NCBI GenBank assembly: GCA_964016885.1
Contig: OZ024747.1
Location: 73,532,001-73,596,000, forward strand
From: Eledone cirrhosa
Taxonomy: Eukaryota
DNA length: 64,000 nt
Reading direction: 5' to 3'
The notes below the pieces were generated by a model that was not told where the DNA came from, searched no databases, and saw only the letters and a program-made list of their open reading frames with translations. A program made the translations under genes and the position numbers. This document shows, one piece after another, positions 1 through 13,819 of this stretch; the stretch's first letter is position 1; the number at the start of each line of letters is the position of its first letter.

Positions 1-1133
1 AAGGTATGCCAATAACATTTCGAGTTCTGTCTCAGTCTACAACCAACAACCTTTTTATTCCTGGTATAATCCGCGAAGGAAGATAAGAATCTATTTCATT
101 TGAGTAAAACCATTAGAACACACGATGTAAAAAAACCCAGAAAAATCCTTAATGAAAATCATGTCGTATTTATTTTTAACACTAGTTTCTAAAAAATAAT
201 TAAAACGAATGAAAATATATACGATGTAAAAAAGAAAGAAAAACTTGCCGAAGCTGCTTTGTGAATATATACATAGCATTCTCCAGGAAAGTTAGTTATA
301 AAATAATGAATAACTTAAACATTTTATTTTTCTCTTCATTTTCTCTTGAATATTTTTGTCTTTATACAAATAATTTGTAATGTTTTTAACACTTTTATTT
401 CATTATTTTGTGAAACAATTATCTCAATTCTTAAATAGTTTTGTTTTGTAATATTCCATATTTTTGTTATTTAAATAATTAATCCTTCTATAAATTACCT
501 ATATTTAAGTTGATTGATAATTTACCAGTAGTTTTCCATATTATTACATCGTCAATCTTCATTTATTTTTGGCACAAGTAATCGTTTGGCACAAGTAATG
601 ATTAATAAAATTTAAATATATTTAAACTTAGCGTTTATATATTTGGTTAATATGAATAAAGTCTATTTTCTTTATGTTGGTATAAATTTCAATGCATAAT
701 AAAAATGTTGTTCGCTATAAACTGTTTAGATATTCACGACTCTCATTAAAAAAAACAACATTATTTCATATATTTTAAATTAAACACTACCAGTTTTGCT
801 AGAGGTTTCACTATATATATATTTCTATATACATTATAGAATATCATACAGGATTATTTATTTTAAATTTTATTTAGTATATTTAGTATATCAAGTATAT
901 TTAGTATATCTTATTTGATGATTATTTTATGGATTGTTCGATTTTCACTTCTAACTCGTCATTTTCTCTTTTTCATGTTCTCTCACGTTAAGATTAAACG
1001 CTGATACTAATTTAAAATACAATATATAGAATCTACTACGAGTATGTCGGTTGTGCAGGATAAGGAGTTACAGAGAGATATTTTATTAACTTTAGACTTT
1101 CATACACTATCTGTCTATCTATCCCTCTCTCTC

Positions 1134-2455
<1,322 letters not shown>

Positions 2456-2524
2456 TATATATATATAACTAGCTGTCCCTCTCTTCAAGGCCATATACAT
2501 ACAATATAATAGGCAAATAATATT

Positions 2525-2557
<33 letters not shown>

Positions 2558-2595
2558 GTATATACATATATATACTCATTACTATTATATATATG

Positions 2596-2630
<35 letters not shown>

Positions 2631-3303
2631 TTGCTTATTACTTTTATATATATATATACATAAATATTAAGGGAGAGAAATGGAGAGAGAGAGAGTGAGC
2701 GAGATATAAGTTCATAAAAATAGAATTAGACAGAGATATGCAACTCCTTATATTTACTGAATACTTATCATAAACCCCTTCTGAATTTAATGATTCTTAC
2801 TAATCGCAGACCACTCTCAAATTAATAGATTTTACCCATACAGAAACGGTTTTATATTTACACACATCTCTGCTTGTAATTCACCCGGTCTTTGGGAATT
2901 CAGACAACTCCAGTGTATATAAAACCTGTAACATTCAAATACCAGACCTTTATACCCTTTCAATGATAGTGAGGGTTGTACATATAATTCTATACACACA
3001 ACACATCTCGAAACATGGCTCGACGTCACAAGGAGAGAAGATATACTTTTTGCTTGCGCACCTTCATTCATGTTTCCTACACTGCATCTCTGTATATCTA
3101 TGTTTTCAACACCTGTGTCAGAATATATTTATAGTTGTATCACTGTGTGAGTGTGAGTGGGAACATTTGTGTATGTGTGTGAGAGTGTTTGTGTGTCGAC
3201 TCATAAGTTAATGTATGCGTATGTGGGCGTATTTTTAGATTATAGGCTAACGACATATTAATACTACATGCATATATATATATATCTGTTCCTTTAATCT
3301 TTT

Positions 3304-3525
<222 letters not shown>

Positions 3526-5224
3526 CATGTGCATCTGTATGATTATGTGTACACGTGTGTTTACGTAAGGTGAAAATGTGTAATATGCTCTGTGTGGCAA
3601 GTTGCTGGTAATATAAAACCTAAATGTATTTCTTTCAGTGTGTATGGCAAATTCGTTAATATATTTACTAATTCCCAACTTTCCAATCTCTAAGTAAATG
3701 TGGCATTTAATGAGTTAAAGATGGCGCCTAATCATATCATGGTCCATTTCTTCATACATATGTATGATAAATGATAAATGATACGAGAGATGGCTGACAA
3801 ACTAGCAACATATCCACATGTAAATGCTCAGCTTAAATGAGTTACGACTGGATTGATCTGCTTTCCTAAAATGTTATCTGATATTGCTTTGTATGTCTCC
3901 AATAATTTTTTCTTAAATTTAATTAGAAAATCCTGTGGCAAACACATATGTAGATAAACATGCAGACAGGCAGATAATAACATCATTGAAAACATGCAGA
4001 CACATGCAATTTCCAAACCGGTACAAATAGACACATACACGCTAGCCCGCATACATAAGTACACAAACACATACACATATATGCACAAGCTCACACACCG
4101 ACACAACGCACTCACACACATATATATGCACATGTAAATACACATACGCGTTGCTATGTGCAAGCACAGAAAATCACGTTCACATATATACGGATGAAGA
4201 AATACATACAAACACACACACACACAACAACACTCTCACAATCACCAACACAGAACCTAATAAAACACACATCCTCATTTAAGCGTATATGTATTCCCAC
4301 TGGTATGTGTAGGCTTGCGCCGTTATATGTGAGGTCGTGTGTTTGCTGTTAAATCATATTTGTTGCTCTGTTTGCTGTGAGATAGAGTTTGTACGATTGC
4401 AGTGAAAAATGACACTGTTAATATACTATCGGTATTTCTCATAAAACATCATAAGTTCAAATTGTGTCACAGATTTTAAGTCTTATCGCTTCCCTAAAGT
4501 AAAATTTATTTACTGTTGTCTAAATGTTTAAGTAATTGAAGTTTTAGTTTAGAGGAGAAATTCTGAACATATTTATTACAATCATTTCATGGCAAAAAGT
4601 ATATGAATCCCTCTGAAAAGAACACCTGTTTCAATAAAATATTGAATTCTTACCTTTTGTTCTTGTGCAAATGACGCTCTACCAGGCTTAGAATACGCAA
4701 GAAACGCTGTATCACAATACTGTACCCCTACGACATCCTCAGGGTTTACGGGAAAATACCATACCGACATAATATATTGATATCTAATTGTATTCAAATG
4801 TGAAAGGATTTAAAACCTGTAATGTAGTATGATATAGCAATGTAGCGGTATGTGAAATAAAGGGGAGAAATAATTTGGGTACTATTGAGAAGAAGGACAT
4901 TATAGTCTACATGCGTTGTGAATGCTTAAAATAAATGTAACTATGTGCCTCAATATATTAACGTTGACGTAATTTTTTCTTTTTTATTGAAGTTTAATTC
5001 TACCATCAGACACTTTCTGGTGATGGGAACATTAAGAGAGTAATGTTCTTCAAGTTACAGTAGATGATTCTAATCCTGTGTCCTCTCTCGCCTCTACTAT
5101 TGTTGTTATTGCTTTAGATGTTTGCAATCTTGTTATTGCTCTAGCCATGGTGTAGGTAATGAATCGCCGATAACTCACACGAATATAGGAATAAGATATA
5201 ATGGTAATTTAGAAGATACAATAG

Positions 5225-5610
5225 ATATACTATATATAATAAATATAAAATATATTATATATTTACTATATATATACTATATATATACTATATATAATAA
5301 ATATAATATATATTATATATATAGTATATATATACTATATATAATAATATAATATATATTATATATATACTATATATATACTATATATATACTATATATA
5401 TACTATATATATACTATATATATACTATATATATACTATATATATACTATATATAATAAATATAATATATATTATATATATACTATATATATACTATATA
5501 TATACTATATATATATATACTATATATATACTATATATAATAAATATAATATATATTATATATATATACTATATATATACTATATACATATACTATATAT
5601 ATATACTATG
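5225..5610. repeat. Degenerate TA-rich minisatellite (TATATATAC / ATAATAAATATAAT variant units)
   Basis: Directly visible repeated variant units. Confidence 0.9.
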
Positions 5611-6089
5611 TACAATAATTGAAATTACATATTCGTTCTAAGCATACATCTTTCTTTATCCTTGGTAACACATCACCACACACTACCTTGAATAATTTAT
5701 ATTCTAAGAACTTCTCCCCAATAATAATCCATCAGACTCTTCACTTGTTTGATAATAGTCAACAAAATTCAGTGGACATAATTCTGTAATTAGTAATATC
5801 TGAAAAGAATCTCATACTATGTTATGAATAAAGCAATTCAAGCAGTTTATGTATATTCAAAGCAAGATACATTTATTCATTTGCTTCCCCTGTTTATCTC
5901 TATAGAATTCCGCCCGTATATTATCCAAAGCATATTAAAATATGTTTCCGGTCATATGTAGAATACATAGGAATACATGAAATGGTATCCAACTGGCTAA
6001 CAACGGAATATATTCCGTGCATAATCACGATGATTCCTCCGTCAAATTCAGCGATATGCATTTATTTTTTGGAAGAGCTGATCTGTCTA

Positions 6090-6286
6090 CGACGGTCAGC
6101 TGAAACGTTGTTAGGCTGACCAAGATACTCTCATGGAATGACCAAATGAGTTTTTTTTTCAACATAGTTCCTGGAAAGAAACAATGCAGCTTTTAATAAC
6201 CAGAAATGAAATTAATGCGTGCAAGATTTCACAGCTCTTGGATGAATCATTTATAGTCAGCCTATGACCTTTTCAGACGACCCTCG
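6090..6286. mobile_element. Tc1/mariner-type MITE, copy 1
   Basis: TA|CGACGGTCAGCTGAAACGTTGTTAGGCTGAC ... GTCAGCCTATGACCTTTTCAGACGACCCTCG|TA gives ~30-bp imperfect TIRs with a TA target duplication. The internal sequence is homologous to 29512-29709. Confidence 0.75.
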
Positions 6287-6419
6287 TAGTCGTTAATTAT
6301 CTTATAAGAGTATTCCACAAATATGTGCACATTTAAATTTATCCATCGTCCGAAACTGTTTTTGAATTAAAAATACAAGGCATCTGACGGACTTTCACGC
6401 ATATTCCGTGAACCTAATT

Positions 6420-6665
6420 TCCCTCATAGGGATGTTGTTGACTCGAGGATATAATAAACGACACTTTCACGGAATACCACGTAGTCAGGTTTTACTCGAA
6501 ACCTCTTAATTGTAAAGCTAACGTCTTAAACCTCGCTAGGATTGAATGAATAGAGTTTTACTAACACAGTTAAGAACACTATACCCCGAAAACCCAGTCC
6601 CGGAAACGAACACATAGCATTATGATCGTAAGGCTCATGCCCTTACGACTAGGCCACGGACCTCA
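6420..6665 (-). mobile_element. Old, diverged tRNA-derived SINE fragments (second family)
   Basis: Degenerate reverse-complement B-box-like segments (TACTCGAAACC; GGAAACGAACAC...TATGATCGTAAG...ACTAGGCCACG). A related fragment lies near 20195-20285. Confidence 0.4.
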
Positions 6666-8106
6666 ACACTCATTCCTTTGCTAATTAAAAAGAAAATAAG
6701 CTAAGATAAAATGGACTTCAACAGGATTCGATCATGAACACTTATTCTTATATGCAGCAAGGTGGATCTTCTGATTTACCGAACGCGATAACCACCACCT
6801 TTCAAACTTGCCGAGACAACGTACTGAATAAGTCAAAGTAGTAACTTTGTAAACTTGAAACCAACTTCAAGTAGCTGGAGGGATGGAGAAAAATGTGTGT
6901 TATGAGAGTAGAAGGGATTATAGATAACAATATTAAAATATTAAGTGGGAAAGTCAGGCGTATACCTATTTCAGCAAAGACATGGCAAGTTGGAAAAAAT
7001 GATATCAGGAAATAAACATAGACGAAGGAGATGAAGACAAAATTAAAAGAAAAATTGGATGATGGTAGGGGGTGAAATGAATGCATTTGTTAGTGGGGAG
7101 GGGGGAGTGAGAGCGGTATAAGTGTGAAAGGAAAATGATGTGGAGCAGGGATATTGAGAATATTTGGTTATGTTTTCATTTGGCTTTCATCTGAAAGACT
7201 TTTGTTTCCGACTGTTGTTTCCGACAGTTCCTTTGTCAAATAATTTTATTGTTGCTTTTATTGTTGTTGTCTTACTGATGTAGCAGTCCTTGTATTTTGA
7301 CATTTCTTTTAGTATATCCGTGACTTAAAATACGCACTGCTTCATAATCAGGATACTTGACGTGAATATAGGTGTTGTTTTGTTGTTGATATTAATGTTG
7401 TTATTGATGTTATGATGTTCTGATTTGGGTGATGTTCGTAAAAACAGTTGCTTTTCTTTTTTGCAGCTTGAAGTTCTTTTGTTTTGTTGCAGTATTTGTC
7501 GGTGTTATCAATTTTTATTTGTGATTGTTGTTGTTTTGCTTTCATTGATATTATTGTTGTTGGTGTTTTTTGTTGTTATTGTTTTTGTTGTCATTGTTTT
7601 TATAATAATTCTTCTATTATTATTGCTGTTATTATTCTCGTAATTATTGTTGTTTTGTTGTTGCTGCTGTTGATTGTGCCTGAATCATGAAATTGGAAGA
7701 GATATTGATGTCTGACAACGTGTGATATTCAAGTATTGTTCAGTGTTGTTTGATCTAATGCCGTCTAGTTTGTGTAGTACATTGGAATTCTGTAACAATT
7801 GTGATATAGTGATATGTTGTAGTGTTATAGCATAAAGCCATATAAATATTGTTGTTTAGCCCTAGGCGAGAACCAATCTATTAGAACTGTGATCATATAT
7901 ATTCCCGCCTTGATAATCTTGTCTCCTCAGATATTGTTTATCCCATTCTACATTATCCAATATCCCATTGTTTCCACTCTTTAAGACAGTGGAATACATG
8001 ACTGACGCTAAGAAATAAATTATAAATAAACATGAGGTAAATTTAACAGACTTTGAATGATAACAAAATAACTCTTCCACGATGCAATAGCTTACAGTAT
8101 AGTATT

Positions 8107-8285
8107 ATTGGCAGTATCGGTAGAGGGTTGGACGCCATGCTTTGCAGCACAGTTACGTCCCTTTACTAACTGAGTTCAAATCCAGTCGAGGTTAAATTTG
8201 CCTTTCATCCTTACGGGGTCGATAAAATAGAGTACCAGTAATGTACTGGGTAATTGCTGGCCTTGTGCCATACGTAGAAACAAGT
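8107..8285 (+). mobile_element. tRNA-derived SINE (main family in window)
   Basis: A-box-like TGGCAGTATCGG, B-box-like GAGTTCAAATCC, body TTTGCCTTTCATCCTTACGGGGTCGATAAAAT and tail GGCCTTGTGCC...GTAGAAACAA. At least 7 similar copies in the window. Confidence 0.85.
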
Positions 8286-8930
8286 ATTAGAATGTGATTT
8301 GGTTGCTATTTCATGCCGGTCGAGTGGGAAAATATAAGGTCCTTTGTGGCTGGATTCTAACATAATGTGATAGAGTGGAAATGTAGTGTAGTTTTAATTT
8401 AACTGTAGGTGACCGCTGATTCAGCAAGCCTATTATTGAAAGCGTCACATCCGTGAAACGTCTTGTCGTTTTCAGTTATCTAAGATTATTATCCAAATCA
8501 TTTGTCCTCTCTTTTTTAACATAACACCGTTGCTATCTAGAAGAGATTGTAGCAATCTTTAGCAGATTAAATGATTGCACAAATTACCTTTCTGTGTGGT
8601 GAGTATACTGGCATGAAATGATAGATTTACGTTCAACAAGGTCTTGCACGCTGGCGGGTACAGCTGGAATAGAACAATTGCCTTTGCCAATAAGAACAGA
8701 CCCAGGTCTAGAGAGAGCTTTTATAGTCTGCAAATAACTTCTCTTTTAAGTCATATAGTCTGCTTTCTCCTACGACGTAGATTTTCGAGATTATTTCTTT
8801 TTTACACTAAGTTCTGTAAATCGTGAACAATTGTGCTAGTAATATCTTCTCATTTATCATACTTGTGACAAGATTAATATGTCGGTTGGTTTAATGACGA
8901 TACCTCATCCTTCAGTATTTCAGCGGAGTT

Positions 8931-8963
<33 letters not shown>

Positions 8964-8993
8964 GACTACTACTACTACTACTACTACTACTAC
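8931..8993. repeat. (ACT)n microsatellite
   Basis: Directly visible. Confidence 0.95.
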
Positions 8994-9503
8994 AACTTGA
9001 GAGAGAGAGAGTGTGTGTTTGGGGCTTCTAAACAGGAGGTAGAGACACAAGTATGAGAGAGGTACTTCTTATAATAACGTGGACAATTTTGAAAAACGTA
9101 TTTGTCCAGGGCAAGACTTGAACTCAGAGCTCAGTGAGCTGAAAAAAATACGAAGCATTTTTAATCCGACATCCTACGGAATTCTGACAATGGACCGCCT
9201 ACTTCTGTTACAAGATAACTTTCACATTACTTTCTCCACCTTTGTTTCCGCTTCCGTTTTTTCCTTTGATATCAGCTTTGATGTTCCTTTGATTGAACCT
9301 TTGCCGAACGAAGGTTCAAAATATGTCCCTTCATCTCAGTAGGGAGTAGAACACGATTAAAGATATCAGACGAAATTTAGTTTAAATGAAATATTCACGT
9401 TGAGTCTGAATCAGAATCTTATTTAGGTCATATTGATTCATACACAACAAAATACATACATATACACATAAATATAACACATACATACATTCACCTTTTT
9501 ACA

Positions 9504-9845
<342 letters not shown>

Positions 9846-9986
9846 TGACTGGGTGTTGTGTATATGTGTGTGCGATTATTGTTCCGCTTTTCCACACTGA
9901 GATAAATTGGAATTAAGGAAATAAAAACTACTCACTACAATGACTCACTACCATCATGAAGGATGGGGTAACATTATTTATTCTGA

Positions 9987-10165
9987 GCGGTGGATTGGCA
10001 GTATCGGTAGAGAGTCGGACGCCATGCTTTGACGCTTTGAGTTACGGCCCTTGCCATTCTGAGTTCAAATCCCGCCGAGGTTAACTTTGGCTTTCATCCT
10101 TACAGGGTCGATAAAATGTAATACACTGGGTAATTTCTGGCCTTGTGCAAAAAGTAGAAACAATT
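9987..10165 (+). mobile_element. tRNA-derived SINE with target-site duplication
   Basis: Same family as 8107. Flanked by ATTATTTATTCTGAGCGG / ATTATTTATTTTGAGCGG, a putative TSD. Confidence 0.9.
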
Positions 10166-10418
10166 ATTTATTTTGAGCGGAGGTTGTGTATATATAAAAT
10201 AATTGTATCTTTGAGTTTAATCTCATATCGTCACTTTTAACAAATTGGTATATGTTGTGGAAATGGTATTATTTAATACAATAACGAAAACAGATGGCCT
10301 GAAATTAAACAAAAATCTGTTAAAGTAATGCAGATTTTCATAACACAAAATTAAAGTGAATTTTAGACATAAAAAAGGCTTAAGAAAGGCTTAAGAAATT
10401 GGAATGAATTGTATAATC

Positions 10419-10494
10419 TAGAATGGTTAGTGGATATGAGTTAGTAGAATGGTTAGTGGATATGAGTTAGTAGAATGGTTAGTGGATATGAGTT
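10419..10494. repeat. 26-bp minisatellite, ~3 copies (TAGAATGGTTAGTGGATATGAGTTAG)
   Basis: Directly visible. Confidence 0.95.
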
Positions 10495-10850
10495 TATGCA
10501 TTTCAATTAAAACTGGTAAAAAAAAGTCATCAAATCAGAAAATAAATTTATTCAAGATTAATAAAAAGTATAATTTTTTTGAAATATATTTACGACTTTT
10601 ATAATAGGATATATATGATACATTGAGTTTAATAATTAAGCCTGAGGTTAAACAATTAAATAAATGTATCAGAAAATATAAATTTACTAATTTCTAAGTT
10701 TTGTGTTTATTATGTGCTCTTGTGTAGATTCGTCAATGTTGGAGAATATTTGATCATAATTCTTATCGCTTAAGATTGATCTTTGACTAAACAACACTAT
10801 ATCTTCTCCATATATATGTACGAGATGTAATTTTGGTTTTGCTTGATTAG

Positions 10851-10933
10851 CATGTCTGATGAGCAGATTGGGTTGGAGTCAGCCCTATGGCACTTACATG
10901 GAACCTGAGCCAACCATCCGTGAAACGGTCGTC
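10851..10933 (+). ncRNA. Degenerate type-I hammerhead ribozyme motif (Penelope-like remnant)
   Basis: CTGATGA at 10856-10862; long imperfect stem II (GCAGATTGGGTTGGAGTCAG / CTGAGCCAACCATCCGT); GAAA at 10922-10925; short stem III CG-GT-CG and a GTC triplet. Stem I does not pair. AATAAA lies about 25 nt downstream. Confidence 0.45.
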
Positions 10934-10994
10934 TTAACGTCTTAGCTGTACATAATTAATAAAGTACTTAATGTGAGACCTCGTTTTGTTCTTT

Positions 10995-11025
<31 letters not shown>

Positions 11026-12067
11026 CGCACGCACATACACGCACACACTCACACACGTACGTGCACACGCACATATATATATATGCATTTATAAGTATGA
11101 TATATTATATTCCTTTTCCCAATATCGCTTTACTTAGAAACCAAAACGGGCTCCGTAGAAACGGTTCCGCTTCGTCATGTATCTCGGTTAAACAGGGAAT
11201 AAAGTTAAAGGACTCAATAAGGGAAATGTAGAGAAAACAAGAAAACTTAATATTTCCTTTCTTTGTTTTCCTTTTTTTTTTTCACCTCTATATTAATAAT
11301 TCTTTGTGTAAGAGAAGACAAAAAAAAAAAATGCAGAAAAGCTTTATAAAGTGAAATATCATAAGATTTATCCGATATGTTAGTTTTTTTCCCTTAAATC
11401 ACTGCTTATCGATAATGTTATTATATTTGTCTGAAAAACAAAAAACAAAAAAAATCCCAAACAAGAATAACAATAGGCTGATGGTGAAGAGTTACGAGAT
11501 GACCTGATAGAAATAGACCATCTTTGAGATATTCAGACATCTAGAAGATTATACAATCTCATAAAACAATATACAATGAAATATAAAACTGAACGTAATA
11601 ACAGACCAGTGTTAGTAATATCATTTGATGGAATGGCGCATTTCTGTGGCTAATATTTTAATATACGTTTAAGGATTCTAATATTTCTTGCTCCTCGTGT
11701 CATTCCCAAGCTCAAGCAGGGTTTATTTTAATGTAAATCTTCATAGTATTTCATTGAAACTTGCCATGAACTACTTTTGAACAGATACCTACTTTTGTTT
11801 TGAGTTTTCATTGTACCTTTAATATATTTTTTTAGGGTCATTTATCTGGAGTATTTTATGTTTAGCTCTTTTAGCATTAGTCTATTTTTTAACATCCATT
11901 ACTAAAATGTTGTCTTCGATTAAAACAGATACTTCATTTATACTGGAGCAAATCTTTACTGTTTCTGTATTTTTTTAATGTTTTTCTTTTTTCCTGGAGA
12001 GTAATATCTATTCCAGTAATTATATACATCATAAAGTAGGGTCGATGATCATGGCAGACAGAATGTT

Positions 12068-12068
12068 A

Positions 12069-12119
<51 letters not shown>

Positions 12120-12135
12120 CAGCATCAACAGCAGA

Positions 12136-12206
<71 letters not shown>

Positions 12207-12217
12207 AAGTAGTAGTA
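12068..12217. repeat. (TAG)n/(CAG)n trinucleotide microsatellite (likely tail of an old minus-strand SINE at ~12220-12300)
   Basis: Directly visible. The adjacent TTTTATCGAC...GGAATTCGAACTTAGAA resembles the SINE body. Confidence 0.85.
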
Positions 12218-12352
12218 ATATTTTATCGACACCTGAATTATGAAGCTCGGTGGAATTCGAACTTAGAATGCATAGATTGGGAACAAATATCCACACTACA
12301 TTTTGACCAATGCCCTTCTGAGGAAGTTTAACTACATAATGACATTGCTATC

Positions 12353-12627
12353 TGTTGTTGGACTGGGAATCGAACTCACAACCTCATTGCTGTATGGACT
12401 GTTAAATTTCTATTCAATTTACACGTGCTCACACATTTGCATATGAATCACGTGACCTGGGCAGTCAGTCAGCGTTGGTATTAAAAACTCGGTCACAGAC
12501 TGCTACTTACTTACTTTATGTTATTCTGCTACTGCGAGGAGGGGCGTTTTGGTTGTTTCGCAAATTACACAAATTATTTGATATAACTCGTTGTGTTTTC
12601 TCTGCGAGTACCGAGAGGAATACAACA
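12353..12627 (+). repeat. 5' LTR
   Basis: TGTTGT...TACAACA inverted termini. Matches 17069-17335 apart from a few substitutions and small indels. Confidence 0.95.
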
Positions 12628-12635
12628 GAGTTTAT

Positions 12636-12655
12636 TGGCGTCGCCGATAGGATTT
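12636..12655 (+). promoter_or_regulatory. Primer-binding site, tRNA-Ser-like
   Basis: TGGCGTCGCCGATAGGATTT, 8 nt after the LTR. Its reverse complement ...AATCCTATCGGCGACG-CCA resembles a tRNA 3' end with a G discriminator, as in tRNA-Ser. Confidence 0.75.
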
Positions 12656-12774
12656 ACCTACATTGCCGATAGGATTTACCTACATTGCTGATAGGATTTA
12701 CCTACATTGCCGATAGGATTTACCTACATTGCCGATAGGATTTACCTACATTGCCGATAGGATTTGCCTACATT
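12643..12774 (+). repeat. 22-bp tandem array x6 (GCCGATAGGATTTACCTACATT) in the 5' leader
   Basis: Six units, two with single substitutions. The unit contains the distal 13 nt of the PBS. Confidence 0.95.
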
Positions 12775-12800
12775 GCCGGGAAATTGTTTATCACAAAAAC

Positions 12801-13800
12801 ATGGCGGAACAACAAACAGCGGAGCTAATAAAGTTGTTTAGAGAACAGATGGAACAACAAATGCAACAACACAAGAAAGATATGGACACTCTGATAAAAC
12901 TGTTTGGTGCTCGAGATTCTGAACAACAGAGTTTATTGGCGTCGCCAGTTGCTTCGACACCAACAGCATTCATCCTACCATTTGCTGCTTTTGATTCAAC
13001 AACAGAACTATGGCCTGATTACTGGTCAAGATTCTGCACGTTTGTGGCTGCTAACGCTGTACCCGAGCAATGCATGGCACAAGTGTTCCTGACTAATCAG
13101 ACGGCTGCTATCTACAAACAACTTGCAAATCTGGCTGCTCAAAAAATCCGCCTAAGAATATCAACAAGTTGACAATGGACGAAATTGTTGACTTCATGAA
13201 AGAACAGTTCGACCCAAAACTTTTCATTGTGAGAGAACGTTTCAAGTTCTGGAGTGACATGCAACGGAAGCCAGGAGAAACTCTCCAGGAGTTGGCAGCA
13301 CGTATACGTCAGGATGTAGCTACCTGTGATTTTCCTTCGATCACAAATCCACAAGATGAAGCTCTAAGACAGAGATTTATATGTTCTGTCAATAATGAAG
13401 CTGTGTTGAAGGCTATTTTCAAGATCAAGAATACAGAACTAGATTTCGCCCGTGCTGTCCAAGTTGCCATCGGGACCGAAGACGCAGCAAAGGTTGCCAA
13501 GGAAACTTTTTACGGTTCCAAAACCAAGCAAGTCTACAAGGTCCAGCAGAACAAGAACAAGGGTCCTCGAAAGAACTATCAGCAGTCTTATTCCACAGAC
13601 CAGGAGATGTGCTACCGATGTGGAAAGGCCAACAAAGCGACAGACTGCCCTTTCAAAGAAGCCAAATGTCATTTTTGTGACAAAAAGGGACATTTGCAAG
13701 CGGTGTGTAGAAAGAAACAACATCAGCAACGTAATCATCGCTCACAGAATTACGTGAAAAGAATCACGAAAGCTGAGCTAGTCAAGGCGATCCGTAGTGA
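12801..13800 (+). pseudogene. gag: gag (capsid-like region plus two CCHC-type zinc knuckles), frameshifted near 13145
   Basis: ATG at 12801; WPDYWSRFCTFVAANAV; ERFKFWSDMQRKPGETLQELAARIR; CYRCGKANKATDC and CHFCDKKGHLQAVC. The frame changes in the A-run at ~13141-13147. Confidence 0.9.
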
Positions 13801-13819
13801 AGTTCCCCACGATACTCAT

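Noticed and set aside
8107-8200. SINE heads as real tRNA genes
   Set aside because: A- and B-box-like motifs are present, but there is no cloverleaf, and they continue into a shared repeat body with TSDs.
12643-12774. Regular short repeats resembling a CRISPR array
   Set aside because: Head-to-tail units with no unique spacers, inside an LTR element leader in eukaryotic DNA, with no cas genes.
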